64,000 nt of DNA from a virus (IMGVR_UViG_3300047321_000298:128001-192000); one strand, 5' to 3'; numbered from the stretch's first letter, positions 52,399-62,475 are shown. The notes: generated from the letters alone by a model not told the origin. Made by a program: numbers and translations.

Positions 52399-53202
52399 AT
52401 GGAAGCAGCAAAAAGACTGGCAGCATCGGAAAAATCATGTTCGATGGAACTACCGCGTTTCCGTTACATGGACGACGTGACGCGGTATCTGTCGAACATG
52501 CGGTCAGATATCGAAGACTCTGAGAATCTAATCAGGGTTACACAGAAGGCGCTGGCGTCGCTCACCAAAGCAAAGATCGAAGCACAAAAGATCGACCCGG
52601 AAATCAAGAAGAAAGTCGTGCCGTCCGTGTCAAAGCTCCAGTCACAGTATGGCCTGATTGAAGACCTCTACGAGAAGCACCGGACACTGGAATCCGTCGA
52701 GTCGCAGATCACGCTGCAGTTTCCCGTGCGCAAGGGCGAGGTCTACGAGCGGACAACTGCGACGCTGCGTGAACTGAAGAAGAAAGTGGAAACACAGTTG
52801 CGGACGGTTCTAGATTTCCTTCGCGACATCTCGAACAAGCACGAGCCCAAGTCTTTCGCGAAATATCGACAGGCGGTGATTCAGGAAATTCAGGAGCGGC
52901 TGGAATTCCGCGACTCCGAGCAGTATCTGTATGTGTCCACTGCCGACTCTGACCTGATTTTCACCTCGTACTTCCTGTTGAATGACGTGCTGACAGAGGA
53001 CAGGCGGAAGGTTCCGAACCTGTACGTATCTATTCAGTGGGTGGTTGGTACAGGCGTCTTCACGCATCTGTCCAACGAGTTCGAACTCCCCGAAAGTCTG
53101 ACACACGAGCCGGGTACCGAGTGCAAGACGATGGCGGAGACGGTCACCTCGCTTTCGAACCTACTCAGCGCAGAAGGCTTCTTCAATAAACAAGGTAAAT
53201 GA
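52399..53202 (+). CDS. hypothetical (probable virion) protein; AAxRL N-terminus
   Basis: MEAAKRLAAS; AAGGA RBS; coiled-coil N-half. Confidence 0.75.
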   Translation: MEAAKRLAASEKSCSMELPRFRYMDDVTRYLSNMRSDIEDSENLIRVTQKALASLTKAKIEAQKIDPEIKKKVVPSVSKLQSQYGLIEDLYEKHRTLESVESQITLQFPVRKGEVYERTTATLRELKKKVETQLRTVLDFLRDISNKHEPKSFAKYRQAVIQEIQERLEFRDSEQYLYVSTADSDLIFTSYFLLNDVLTEDRRKVPNLYVSIQWVVGTGVFTHLSNEFELPESLTHEPGTECKTMAETVTSLSNLLSAEGFFNKQGK

Positions 53203-53203
53203 T

Positions 53204-53566
53204 ATGTACGCGAAATTAGATAGGCGTCAGGGGCAATTCCACAGCGTGGAGCTAAAGCTTGTGTCGAAACAGGGGAAGACGCTGAAGAACTGGTGCAAGC
53301 CTGAAGAAATGAACACGTATCTCAGAGAGAACGGCTTCAGGAATGGCCCTGGCGGCACGCTCGAAACAGACAAAGAGTTGCAGAAGAAAGGAACGTTCGC
53401 AGACGCCCAGCACCTCGCTACAGACGGAGACTTGCCGATTGGCAACTTGGACATGAAGACAGGAGGCGGCGTGAATAACTACGCGATGCCCTCGATCCCG
53501 GTTCAAGGCGCGGCAGAGCGGCTGCTCGCAACCAAAGAATGGCCTTTCCCTGAGAAGGATGAATGA
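53204..53566 (+). CDS. hypothetical protein with C-terminal AAERLLAT
   Basis: AAGG RBS. Confidence 0.7.
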   Translation: MYAKLDRRQGQFHSVELKLVSKQGKTLKNWCKPEEMNTYLRENGFRNGPGGTLETDKELQKKGTFADAQHLATDGDLPIGNLDMKTGGGVNNYAMPSIPVQGAAERLLATKEWPFPEKDE

Positions 53567-55113
53567 TTATGGCGGCACCCTTTCTGTTTTTCAAAGAAGT
53601 CCTACCCGACCTGTCGTATCAGGTAGACATCTCGCAGTACATCAACCAAGCCGAAACGATTACGTCAATCGTAGCCTCTGCGCCGCTTCCCACATCGTCC
53701 GCACCCCTGGCCGTCACGATCACCTCAGGACTCAGTCCCGTGATCCGGATGACAGCATCTGGCGGCAATGAAGCTGTGAGCTACGGCTACACACTGACGG
53801 TCACGACGACAGCACAGGTGCTTCTGTTCACGGTCGCAATCACCGTACAGGACCCGTCCTTTGTTCCGTACATCACTTCGAACCCAAGCGCCTTCCAAGA
53901 CCTCGTTGACGAGATTCAAGCGGGCGACGCGGCAATCGCTTCATCCGTTTTCGCGTTTCCTGCCGGTATCGATCCTTCAGGCGGTTTCGTCACGTGGGAG
54001 CTTCTGGCGAGTGACGGCACAGTGTATTCAGCCGGTAACGCGTTCGAGTACAAGATCATCCAGAATGGTCTGTCGAACACGGTGATTTCGCGCTGCGTTA
54101 TCTCGGTTCCGTCCACGGTCCCGCCGTCGCTGGACGGCCAGAAATACCAACTTCGATACACGCTGGCTCTGCCTCAGGACTCAGGAACCCCACAAGACCC
54201 GACGACCGGCGCGCTGTCACAGAACACGTTCTTCCAGTTCGAAAATATCCGCGTCGTATCGCTTACGAACGTTCCGCTCGGTACTCAGCCATCTGTGGAG
54301 CTTCAGGGCGTCAACGCAACTGTTTCGCTGGTCACAGATAAGCCCTACGACAACGTGACGGTTGAAATATGGGCGGGTACTTCGCAGGTTGCTCCCGCGT
54401 CGGTGATTCAGGAATTCGAGCGCACGGCGACTGGTTTCTGCTTTTCTGGCGTGATCAACACGTCACAGTTCCAAGTATCGCTGGTTCCGTATCAGGTGAT
54501 CTGGAAATACTGGGCGTCGAATAATCCCGGTGTCGTGTACCAAGAATCGGCCGATCTGTTTGTGATCAACCCTTCGATCATGAACGCGATCAACAACGTC
54601 AAGGACAAGATCAACAAGGCGCGCACAACGCTCTACGGTCATCCTGATCTGTTGTATCCGAACGCCGTGATCATGACTTGGCTGCGCCGTGGGGCAGATG
54701 CGTTTAACGCTGCATACGGTCAGTTCACTAGCTTCACCATGACCGACGCGCTGGGCCCGATCCGCGAATTCTGGCTGCTCGAAGCCGAACTGTCAGCCAT
54801 CCGAGCGCAATACCTGGCTGAGGGTGAGAAAGCATTCGACTTCCAAGGCGGTGCAATCTCACTCGAAGTGGATCGTACGCAGTATCTCGATACTGCTGCG
54901 CAGGCGATAGAAAACGTACTCGATCAACAACTGAAGCTGATCAAGCAAAACCTGATCATCAAAGGCAACACGTCCGGAACAGGCGCGTCTGGAGCGAACG
55001 CTGGTGCCCTTCAACCGGGTGCTATCGGGGCCGTTGGAATCACCATCACTCCCGCAAGCATGTTCGGACGTTTCTCCCCAGCGTATGGACTAAGTGGGCC
55101 GCGCAATTTGTAA
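53563..55113 (+). CDS. probable virion structural protein (beta-rich N-terminus, head-tail adaptor-like C-terminus)
   Basis: Thr/Val/Ser-rich beta segments; helical C-terminal EGEKAFDFQGGAISLEVDRT region. Confidence 0.6.
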   Translation: MIMAAPFLFFKEVLPDLSYQVDISQYINQAETITSIVASAPLPTSSAPLAVTITSGLSPVIRMTASGGNEAVSYGYTLTVTTTAQVLLFTVAITVQDPSFVPYITSNPSAFQDLVDEIQAGDAAIASSVFAFPAGIDPSGGFVTWELLASDGTVYSAGNAFEYKIIQNGLSNTVISRCVISVPSTVPPSLDGQKYQLRYTLALPQDSGTPQDPTTGALSQNTFFQFENIRVVSLTNVPLGTQPSVELQGVNATVSLVTDKPYDNVTVEIWAGTSQVAPASVIQEFERTATGFCFSGVINTSQFQVSLVPYQVIWKYWASNNPGVVYQESADLFVINPSIMNAINNVKDKINKARTTLYGHPDLLYPNAVIMTWLRRGADAFNAAYGQFTSFTMTDALGPIREFWLLEAELSAIRAQYLAEGEKAFDFQGGAISLEVDRTQYLDTAAQAIENVLDQQLKLIKQNLIIKGNTSGTGASGANAGALQPGAIGAVGITITPASMFGRFSPAYGLSGPRNL

Positions 55114-55124
55114 AGGATAACCAG

Positions 55125-55481
55125 ATGCTCAATGTCTTACCTGATCTTCGTTATCTGGCAGCTAACGGGATGGACCTGGTACTGATGGTTATGGTAGCTG
55201 CGTCCGTCGCTATCTTGCTCAAAATCCAGAGAACGAAGGATGACTACGATCTGCGCTCCGTCATATCTGACGAGAACGGACAACCCTCAATCCACAAGAT
55301 CGGACAACTGATCGCGCTAATGCTGTCTACGTGGATGCTGGTGTATCTGGCACTCCACAACCAGATGACTGAAGGTTATTTCGGTACGTACATGGGAATC
55401 TGGGCAGCGGCTCAGGCAGCAGATAGATGGCTGGGTCGTGGTGGAGATAAGCCGGAAGGCGACAGACCTCCGGAGCGGTAA
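55125..55481 (+). CDS. small multi-TM membrane protein (holin-like candidate)
   Basis: 2-3 hydrophobic segments, charged C-terminus. Confidence 0.55.
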   Translation: MLNVLPDLRYLAANGMDLVLMVMVAASVAILLKIQRTKDDYDLRSVISDENGQPSIHKIGQLIALMLSTWMLVYLALHNQMTEGYFGTYMGIWAAAQAADRWLGRGGDKPEGDRPPER

Positions 55482-55515
55482 TTTGAGGTAGTAACTCAAC
55501 CAAAAGGAATCGATC

Positions 55516-56010
55516 ATGACGATTAACTACGTGCAGTTGAAAGAAGCTATGGCCGCAGCAGGACTTCCTGTTTCGCAGGGTGCCGCGTGGCTGGGCTCGG
55601 ATGATGGTTTGTACATTCAGCAGTACGTTCCGGGGGTCGCCTACGCAGCAGGTGTACGCCCTGACCGTTCGAACGCACATTACGGTCTGGCGTACGCGGG
55701 GGCTATGCCTGCTGCCCTCTCTGCTGCTGTTACCGGCGCTCAGTACAGCGCAACGCTCGCAGGTTCTCCGCTGACCGGTGTGCACTCATCAGCCCCGGTT
55801 ACCTGGACGCTGACTGAAGCACACAAACCGGCCGGTGCAACCGTGTCGTATCTGTGGGCGCTGGGTGATGGCACGAACCAGACCACCTCAGTCCCGTCCG
55901 TCACACGCACTTACACGGCTGCTGGCTCGTTCACCGCGACGTGCACTCCGACCATCAACGGAATTCCGCAGACCCTCGTGACGGCTGCGGCACCGGCAGT
56001 TCTGACGTAA
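55516..56010 (+). CDS. PKD/Ig-like domain virion protein
   Basis: YLWALGDGT...VTRTYTAAGSFTAT PKD signature. Confidence 0.85.
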   Translation: MTINYVQLKEAMAAAGLPVSQGAAWLGSDDGLYIQQYVPGVAYAAGVRPDRSNAHYGLAYAGAMPAALSAAVTGAQYSATLAGSPLTGVHSSAPVTWTLTEAHKPAGATVSYLWALGDGTNQTTSVPSVTRTYTAAGSFTATCTPTINGIPQTLVTAAAPAVLT

Positions 56011-56020
56011 GGGGTAGCAC

Positions 56021-56341
56021 ATGTGGCAGCGCCGTGTGCGGACCGGACGTAGGAACTCGCACGGCGTTGCTCCCATCCGTCGCGAGAATTACTCAACTGT
56101 GAACGGCTTTACGCAGAAAGACGGGTGGTGGGAAGTACGTAAGAAGGTCGAGAAGAGGTCAGGTGGGAAATGTGAAGCGTTGATCGCGGGTGTGCGATGC
56201 GGCGCGAAAGGCACCGACGTTCACCACATCATCCCCCTATCAAAGGGAGGGACGAACAGCCTTTCAAATCTGCTCATGATCTGTCTCTCCTGCCACGAAA
56301 AGCGCCACCGTCATCTGTTCAGGGCTGGTTACAGTAAATAA
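56021..56341 (+). CDS. HNH endonuclease
   Basis: CEA...C....DVHHIIPLSKGGTNSLSNL..ICLSCH..RH. Confidence 0.93.
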   Translation: MWQRRVRTGRRNSHGVAPIRRENYSTVNGFTQKDGWWEVRKKVEKRSGGKCEALIAGVRCGAKGTDVHHIIPLSKGGTNSLSNLLMICLSCHEKRHRHLFRAGYSK

Positions 56342-56357
56342 AAGGTAAGAGGTAGTT

Positions 56358-56795
56358 ATGGAAAACGAACAGCAGTTGCAGCAACTGATTACGCTGTTTC
56401 TCGAAATCAATCCGAACCCGTCAGATCAGCAATTCCACATGCTGGCTGACAGCATCGGTGTGGATCACGAAGCACTTGAAGCAGTGTCGTACGCGATGCT
56501 TGCCAAGGATGGTCCGCAACAATCTGTTATGTCCGGAACCGAAGACCTGTCGGAATCGCAAAAGGTTCTGGACGGTGACTACGATCCGAACGTCACGTCG
56601 CCCGATGATCTGCTGTTGAACGACGGCGCACCCGAAGGCACGTCGAACATTCAGGAACTGCAAGACGACCTGTACGACGATGGCGTGGCGGCCGACGACA
56701 TTGGGCTAGGCGTATCGAGCGATAAGGATGCGATGGTTTCTGATGGCGCACCTGCCGTCCAGTTGAAAGCACACTCACGACTCATGGGTGGCTAA
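56358..56795 (+). CDS. acidic hypothetical protein
   Basis: GAGG RBS after AGTAAATA (56333); ends LKAHSRLMGG. Confidence 0.75.
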   Translation: MENEQQLQQLITLFLEINPNPSDQQFHMLADSIGVDHEALEAVSYAMLAKDGPQQSVMSGTEDLSESQKVLDGDYDPNVTSPDDLLLNDGAPEGTSNIQELQDDLYDDGVAADDIGLGVSSDKDAMVSDGAPAVQLKAHSRLMGG

Positions 56796-57479
56796 ATGGC
56801 CGATCCGTTTCTGTCGAATCTGGGGATTGACTCGCTGAAGCAGGCGAGACCCCCAACGGGTTCTGCGTTTCCGCTGGCGTTCAATCAGAACAACTCGTAC
56901 ATCTGGCAAGAGGCGGTTCAGCTAATCACTTCGTCAGGGGACGCCGCCACTGACTGGGTACTCGCTATCCGAAAGTACGTGGATATCTGCGAACAACGCG
57001 ATCTGTTTCCTTTTCAAAATGTCCAGGCCAACCGCAACGACTCGATTGCAGATTATCTGCGCGAGCGACGCACCGCGTTCGTTCAGTTCTGTGAGGCTGT
57101 CGAGTTTTTCACAGACATGAAGGTACGGGACACGCAGCGAAAGGTAACGATGACGGACTCTGGTTTCATGCTCCGTGGCGAAGCCAAGGTTCGGGTGGAG
57201 GACCCTTCCTTCGACCAATGGCTACAGCAGAAACCGGCAATGCAGTCGGTAAATGACCGGTTCTCTCGCTCTCTGATGTCTGGGATCGACGTATTTGCAG
57301 AGCGCGGTGAGTCTGATGTCTGGACCCTTGGGTACGAGATTGCATGTCCGATGTATCCGGAAGTTCCAGATAGCCCGCTGCCGTCCCGCGCCACGCTGGA
57401 AAACTTTGTCCTGTCCGTTTTGTGGATGCCTGTTTTGCGGTGCATGCGTCCATCTAATCTTGCTCACCGTTTGATCTAG
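56796..57479 (+). CDS. hypothetical protein
   Basis: Abuts upstream stop. Confidence 0.75.
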   Translation: MADPFLSNLGIDSLKQARPPTGSAFPLAFNQNNSYIWQEAVQLITSSGDAATDWVLAIRKYVDICEQRDLFPFQNVQANRNDSIADYLRERRTAFVQFCEAVEFFTDMKVRDTQRKVTMTDSGFMLRGEAKVRVEDPSFDQWLQQKPAMQSVNDRFSRSLMSGIDVFAERGESDVWTLGYEIACPMYPEVPDSPLPSRATLENFVLSVLWMPVLRCMRPSNLAHRLI

Positions 57480-57484
57480 GAGAA

Positions 57485-57826
57485 ATGATGGACTACGTTT
57501 CAATCATCGGGGATGTGCTTCATGTTGTGATCGCCGCGCCTCTGTTGGGTGTCGGCATCGTGATCGGTGCTATCGGCTACCGCTACCTGCTGAAGAACGA
57601 GCCTTCGCTGCTCAACAGTCTTGTGTCGGCGGCCTACACGGACCTTCAAGCCGCGCTGAAGGCTCTGGAGGCGAAAGCTGGAGCCGCAGTAATGCCCACC
57701 CCAGCGACGACCACGGCAGCGGCACCAACGAGCGCTGCGCCAGCCGCCGTAGTAACCACAGCCGTGGATGCTGCCGCTGCTGTAACCACCACAGCCGCAA
57801 CACAAGTAACAGACGCTAGTAAATAA
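57485..57826 (+). CDS. membrane-anchored protein with Ala/Thr-rich tail
   Basis: AGGAG RBS; N-terminal TM; low-complexity C-terminus. Confidence 0.7.
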   Translation: MMDYVSIIGDVLHVVIAAPLLGVGIVIGAIGYRYLLKNEPSLLNSLVSAAYTDLQAALKALEAKAGAAVMPTPATTTAAAPTSAAPAAVVTTAVDAAAAVTTTAATQVTDASK

Positions 57827-57859
57827 AAAGTGAGAAAGCAAATCTGTTGCTAAATTTTC

Positions 57860-57889
57860 ACCCGGCACCTAAAAAGTGCCGGGTTTTCG
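57860..57889 (+). terminator. intrinsic terminator (C-CTAAAAA loop)
   Basis: ACCCGGCAC-ctaaaaa-GTGCCGGGT then TTTCGT. Confidence 0.8.
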
Positions 57890-57906
57890 TCGTTCCTTAA
57901 AAGACC

Positions 57907-60900
57907 ATGAAACTGCGCCCCTCTACAAATCTGATCGTCCCGCAGCATCTCGCCCTTCCGCGCGCTCAACTGAAAACGGGGTTCTTCCATGTGTACGGCG
58001 CGCACTATGCGGGCTCTCCGGTCATGTACATGACGAAGCTATGGGCGTCGCTGTTCTTTCCGTCCCTAACGCTGAATCCCAAGTTCGGACAGTCACGCAA
58101 CCGGGCGAAGATCGGAGATGCGCTGCGCAGGCTCACGCGTCCGTCCTACCTCAAAGTCAAGATCGAGCGCCAGTTCAAGGACCCGCACATCATTGCGTCG
58201 GTTCCGGTCTTTTCGTGCTCTGCAAACAATGCAGGCGGCGCATTCTCTTTCCTTTACGATCACTTCGTGCGCCCACCGCGCACGAACGACGCGTACATGC
58301 CAACGGCCGAACAGGAAGCAGAAATTCAGGGACTCCGGGCGTATTTCACGGACGAGTCACAGGAGGCTCAGGAGATTGTCTTTTCTCCGCTTCAGGTGCT
58401 GCACTCGCTCCGACATCTGACTCAGAATGAGCAGGGGATGCTCCGCCAGTCTCTGCAATCAGTGCGAATCGTGCGGAAGAAGGGGCTTGCGGTTTTCTTC
58501 GTTGACTTCAAAATCACGAGAGCGGAAGCGCAGCAACTCACCACAACCGAATGGCACCAGCTTCGCGAAATCGACATCTATCCGCTGCTCCTGCAATGGA
58601 CGATGACTAGTTTCGGTGAGCGTGAACCAGCGCCGCTGGCATCGTTCCCGATTTCGAAGATTGCACTGTCGTTGCCCGCGTCTCACGTCGAATCGGCGCG
58701 CGTCAGTGAGCATGGGCTGTCGATTGGGCCCAACGGCAAACCGTACTACCTGCCGCGATCAATTGATCGTCAGCATACCGTTCAATACGAGGATGCATAC
58801 ACGCAGGCCGGTATGCGTCCGGATGGATCGTATGCGCTGACAGACATTCACGAAGGGGCAGAAGCTCACGCGGCCGGTACGGAAATCAAGGTGAAGCTTC
58901 CGAAGTCTGTGCCTGTCCTGATCGACTGGGTGAACAACAAATATTCGTACACGGATACGAACGGGCTGCTCCACGTGATGGACCTGATGCGTTTCCGGAA
59001 GGCTGAGATTCCGCACGTCCGCATCTTGCTCGCAGAACACTACATCACCGAAGAGCGTTTGGAGCTATTCCTGAAGTTGGGGAAAGCTGCGGGCGTCAAG
59101 GACATGGAGTTCATGCCAACAAACGACGATCTTGAACGCGCGCCGTACACGATTCGTCACGAGTTGATGCGTGCGGCCACGCCTAAGCGGTGGTTTGATG
59201 TTGCGCTGCTCGGCTGGCAGATCGATAAGGACCGCGAGGACTTGCCGTTCCGGGAAGTGTCAGCTACCGCTTACCCGCCGTTCCGGCCGCTGGCTGAGTT
59301 TCTCAAGCTGATCTGCAAAGAAGTGTTGGCGAACCTAGCTGCGGTGTATCGTGAATATTCGGTGCGAACGGTCATGGAGAATCTGTCGTGGCTCGTGATG
59401 ATGGCTGAATACAACGAGCGCTTTGACCAGATACAGGCTGAGGACTTGCTCATTCGCAAACCCGCAATCGAGCAGGGAGTACTTCCGGATTGGTCACTTC
59501 CGGAGTGCCCGCTGATCAACCGTTCGCTTGACATCGGTCTGATTCCCCATCAGGTGAAAGTCAGGAACCTGCTACGCGAATCGCCGCTGTTTGCGTTGAT
59601 TCCGGTGCAGGCGGGCGGAGGTAAGACTCTGTTGCTGCTGACTGACATCCTGTACGAAATCCAGCGCGGAAATCCGGGGCCTTTCCTCATCATGTGCCCG
59701 GGGCATCTGGTTTCGAACTACGTGAACGAAGTGCTGTATTTCACGGGCGGGCGTATGAACGTGATGCCCGTCACGTCTGCGGTAATTCGTGAGCATGGCG
59801 TGGAGCGCCTACAGGAAATGATGGAGGCGCTGCCCATTAATTCGCTGGTCGTCGTGGACTACGACACGTTGAAATACCGGCAGCAAACAATCTGCTACGG
59901 AACGACACCGGTCGCTTTGTATCCAGTGATCGATTTCCTGCGTCAGTTCAGTTTCGCGTACGCCGGACTTGACGAGAGTCACCGCGTGAAGCGGGATACG
60001 GCACGAACCAAGGCCGCGATGTGCCTGATCACGGATATTCCGAAACTGCGCCTGGCGTCAGGCACGATGGCCCATGATTCCCCGTCAGATATCGCGATGC
60101 AGGTTGCTTCGATGGACCCGACATTGTTCGGCACGCGCGAGGAATTCAACCGTAAGTACGGATCGTATGTATCGGGTGGTCGGGTCATGCATTGGAGAGA
60201 GGGCGCACAGGAACAGATCAGACACAAAATCAATTCGCGGATCGTCGTGGCTGGAGCCATGCGCAAGGAATGGGCTGCATTCCTGCCGACCAAACGCGAA
60301 TGGATCGGCGGTGTCGAACTCAAAACTAACCAGCAGCTAGTGTACGACTCGATTCTTGAAGAGACGTTGGAAAAAATCCAGGAGGATGCGAAGGAGAACA
60401 AGGAACTCGCGAAGTTCCTGAAGCCCCAAACGAGCATTGTGCCGAGCCAGAACGATCCAGAAGCGGACGACGATGATCCGCTGGACGAAGACGCCGGGTC
60501 GGACCTCGCGTCGCTTCTACGGCCGTATTTGGCCCGTCTGGAGCGATTCTTGTTGGCACCGGGCAAAGACGAGCTTGGGGCGAAGCTACTGGAAGGCAAT
60601 GATCTGGTTTCACCGAAGGCTAAAGCTGTAATCGAGCGCCTCAAGCTGCACATGTTCGGCGGGAAGGTCCGGGATTCAGAAGGGGTGGAGCAGGAAGTTG
60701 GCCCAACACCTGGAAAGGTCCTGATCTTCACGAACTACATTATCTCGGCTGAAGCGATTTGGGAGCTAGCTGGTCCGGAGCTTCAGAAGTGCGGGATTCT
60801 GTACAAGGCCGAAGACAAGTCCGAGTGCGTTGCACGCTTCGAGAAGCTCGATTCGCTGCAATGGATGGTCGGTGTCGAGCAGTCGATGAACGAAGGTTTG

Positions 60901-62475
60901 AATTTCCAGTTCGTGAGTCGGACGATTCGACCTGAGGCTGTGTGGAATCCGGGGACTCTCGAACAGGGTAACTCCCGGACCGGGCGTCCTCAGTTGAAGA
61001 CGGTCGATCAGCGTACGTCCGTCTACTACGATTCGCTCGTGATAAACCGGACAATCGACATAACGAAGACTGCGCGACTCATCTCGAAAATCATTTCCGT
61101 GGCGAAGTTCGAGAACTCGGAGAATCCGGAATTCAGCACCATACCGGATGTTCCGATCATCAAGATGTCGCTTGATGCAATCCAGATGTTCAACACGTGG
61201 GAGTACATTGACGATGCACATCCGGGACTAGCGTCGTACGCTGCTGCGCTATCGAAGTACGAACAGGTACGTAATAGGGACTATGAAGCGTATCTGTCGA
61301 AGTATGTGTCGAAGTACGGCAATCGCCCAGTTCGTACAGCAATCCCAATTGCAGACGATCCTGAGGGTTCGGCGTTCATGGGGTCACTGCCGTATGTACC
61401 CGGCTCAGACATCCCGATGAAGGAGCGAATTCGCGCCGTACGCGTTGATGATTACCTCAACCAGATCGAAGAAGAGTTGTCTGACTCGGACGAGGAAGAA
61501 TCGGAGGGTTCGCTACAGCGCAAGATCGAGTATCTCAAGACACGACGAGTGCACACGTCATTTGGCGAAGGTCAGGTGCGGCGCTGCGGCCCGAACTCGA
61601 AGCACGTTCTCGTGCAGCTTGATTCGGATTACTCCGTGGCCGTCCGAAAGTCTGCGTGTTTTATGCTTCAGGGAAAGACTCAGGAATCGGTGCGCGAGGT
61701 CTTGGCCGAACGTTTGCGACTGGACTTCAAGAAGGTGCGTGCGGTACCTGCGTCACTCTTCAAGGAATCCCGGCAGAAATCGAAAGCTCGAATTCTGCGC
61801 GAGCAGCGCATTGCGGCTAGAGCAGAACGTGTGCGAATTCGCGAACGACGTAAGGCGCTGAGTATCAAGCTGTCACTCGTCATGAGCAACGGGTTCTTCG
61901 GACTGTCGTATGCAGCGGACGACAATCAGAAGGCAATGCAAACGCTTCAGGCGAACGGTTTCCGTTCGAGTGCCGCGTTCTACTTTGCAAAGCTCGGATC
62001 GGGTAAGGCTCTGGCACGGCAGTTGAATCGCTGGGAAGAAAACGGCCTGCAGCCGGATCGCAAACACCTGAAGGAGGGTTCTGCTCAGTGGTTCTCTGAA
62101 GTGTACCAGCAGATGGAAGCAGGAATCACCGGCCAACGATCTATCAATCGATTGCATCGCGCGGGCGTTCCGAATTTCTACCAGGTGAAGCACGTCGCGT
62201 GCGCTGACCGGCACGTGATCAAGCCGTACCCAGTTGTCGAAAATGGCGAGGTTTTCCTTGCTTTGCCTAAGGAAAATCAAGCTTGGACGAAAAATGCGAT
62301 CCGCCACTCTTCGCTGGAGTGGTTCGAGGGTGAGCCTTCGCTAACCTATTTTGGATCAATCAAGGATGTGCTACGCGTCGCAAAAGACCTGAAAGCCTCA
62401 GGAATCACTGTGCAAAACGCTGCATCCATCAATCGTAGCTTCAAAAAGCTGCGCGGACTCACAGTACGTACATAG
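57907..62475 (+). CDS. 1522-aa SNF2-like superfamily-2 helicase/ATPase
   Basis: AGGGKT, LDESH, ASGT, KVLIFTNY, WNPGTLEQGNSRTGR motifs; long unassigned N- and C-terminal regions. Confidence 0.85.
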   Translation: MKLRPSTNLIVPQHLALPRAQLKTGFFHVYGAHYAGSPVMYMTKLWASLFFPSLTLNPKFGQSRNRAKIGDALRRLTRPSYLKVKIERQFKDPHIIASVPVFSCSANNAGGAFSFLYDHFVRPPRTNDAYMPTAEQEAEIQGLRAYFTDESQEAQEIVFSPLQVLHSLRHLTQNEQGMLRQSLQSVRIVRKKGLAVFFVDFKITRAEAQQLTTTEWHQLREIDIYPLLLQWTMTSFGEREPAPLASFPISKIALSLPASHVESARVSEHGLSIGPNGKPYYLPRSIDRQHTVQYEDAYTQAGMRPDGSYALTDIHEGAEAHAAGTEIKVKLPKSVPVLIDWVNNKYSYTDTNGLLHVMDLMRFRKAEIPHVRILLAEHYITEERLELFLKLGKAAGVKDMEFMPTNDDLERAPYTIRHELMRAATPKRWFDVALLGWQIDKDREDLPFREVSATAYPPFRPLAEFLKLICKEVLANLAAVYREYSVRTVMENLSWLVMMAEYNERFDQIQAEDLLIRKPAIEQGVLPDWSLPECPLINRSLDIGLIPHQVKVRNLLRESPLFALIPVQAGGGKTLLLLTDILYEIQRGNPGPFLIMCPGHLVSNYVNEVLYFTGGRMNVMPVTSAVIREHGVERLQEMMEALPINSLVVVDYDTLKYRQQTICYGTTPVALYPVIDFLRQFSFAYAGLDESHRVKRDTARTKAAMCLITDIPKLRLASGTMAHDSPSDIAMQVASMDPTLFGTREEFNRKYGSYVSGGRVMHWREGAQEQIRHKINSRIVVAGAMRKEWAAFLPTKREWIGGVELKTNQQLVYDSILEETLEKIQEDAKENKELAKFLKPQTSIVPSQNDPEADDDDPLDEDAGSDLASLLRPYLARLERFLLAPGKDELGAKLLEGNDLVSPKAKAVIERLKLHMFGGKVRDSEGVEQEVGPTPGKVLIFTNYIISAEAIWELAGPELQKCGILYKAEDKSECVARFEKLDSLQWMVGVEQSMNEGLNFQFVSRTIRPEAVWNPGTLEQGNSRTGRPQLKTVDQRTSVYYDSLVINRTIDITKTARLISKIISVAKFENSENPEFSTIPDVPIIKMSLDAIQMFNTWEYIDDAHPGLASYAAALSKYEQVRNRDYEAYLSKYVSKYGNRPVRTAIPIADDPEGSAFMGSLPYVPGSDIPMKERIRAVRVDDYLNQIEEELSDSDEEESEGSLQRKIEYLKTRRVHTSFGEGQVRRCGPNSKHVLVQLDSDYSVAVRKSACFMLQGKTQESVREVLAERLRLDFKKVRAVPASLFKESRQKSKARILREQRIAARAERVRIRERRKALSIKLSLVMSNGFFGLSYAADDNQKAMQTLQANGFRSSAAFYFAKLGSGKALARQLNRWEENGLQPDRKHLKEGSAQWFSEVYQQMEAGITGQRSINRLHRAGVPNFYQVKHVACADRHVIKPYPVVENGEVFLALPKENQAWTKNAIRHSSLEWFEGEPSLTYFGSIKDVLRVAKDLKASGITVQNAASINRSFKKLRGLTVRT

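Noticed and set aside
1585-60731. Long minus-strand ORFs (e.g. 1585-2349, 5008-5844, 6734-7639, 11287-12144, 40914-41663, 46544-47401, 59979-60731)
   Set aside because: They shadow well-supported + strand genes, lack RBS or recognisable motifs, and are expected from codon bias
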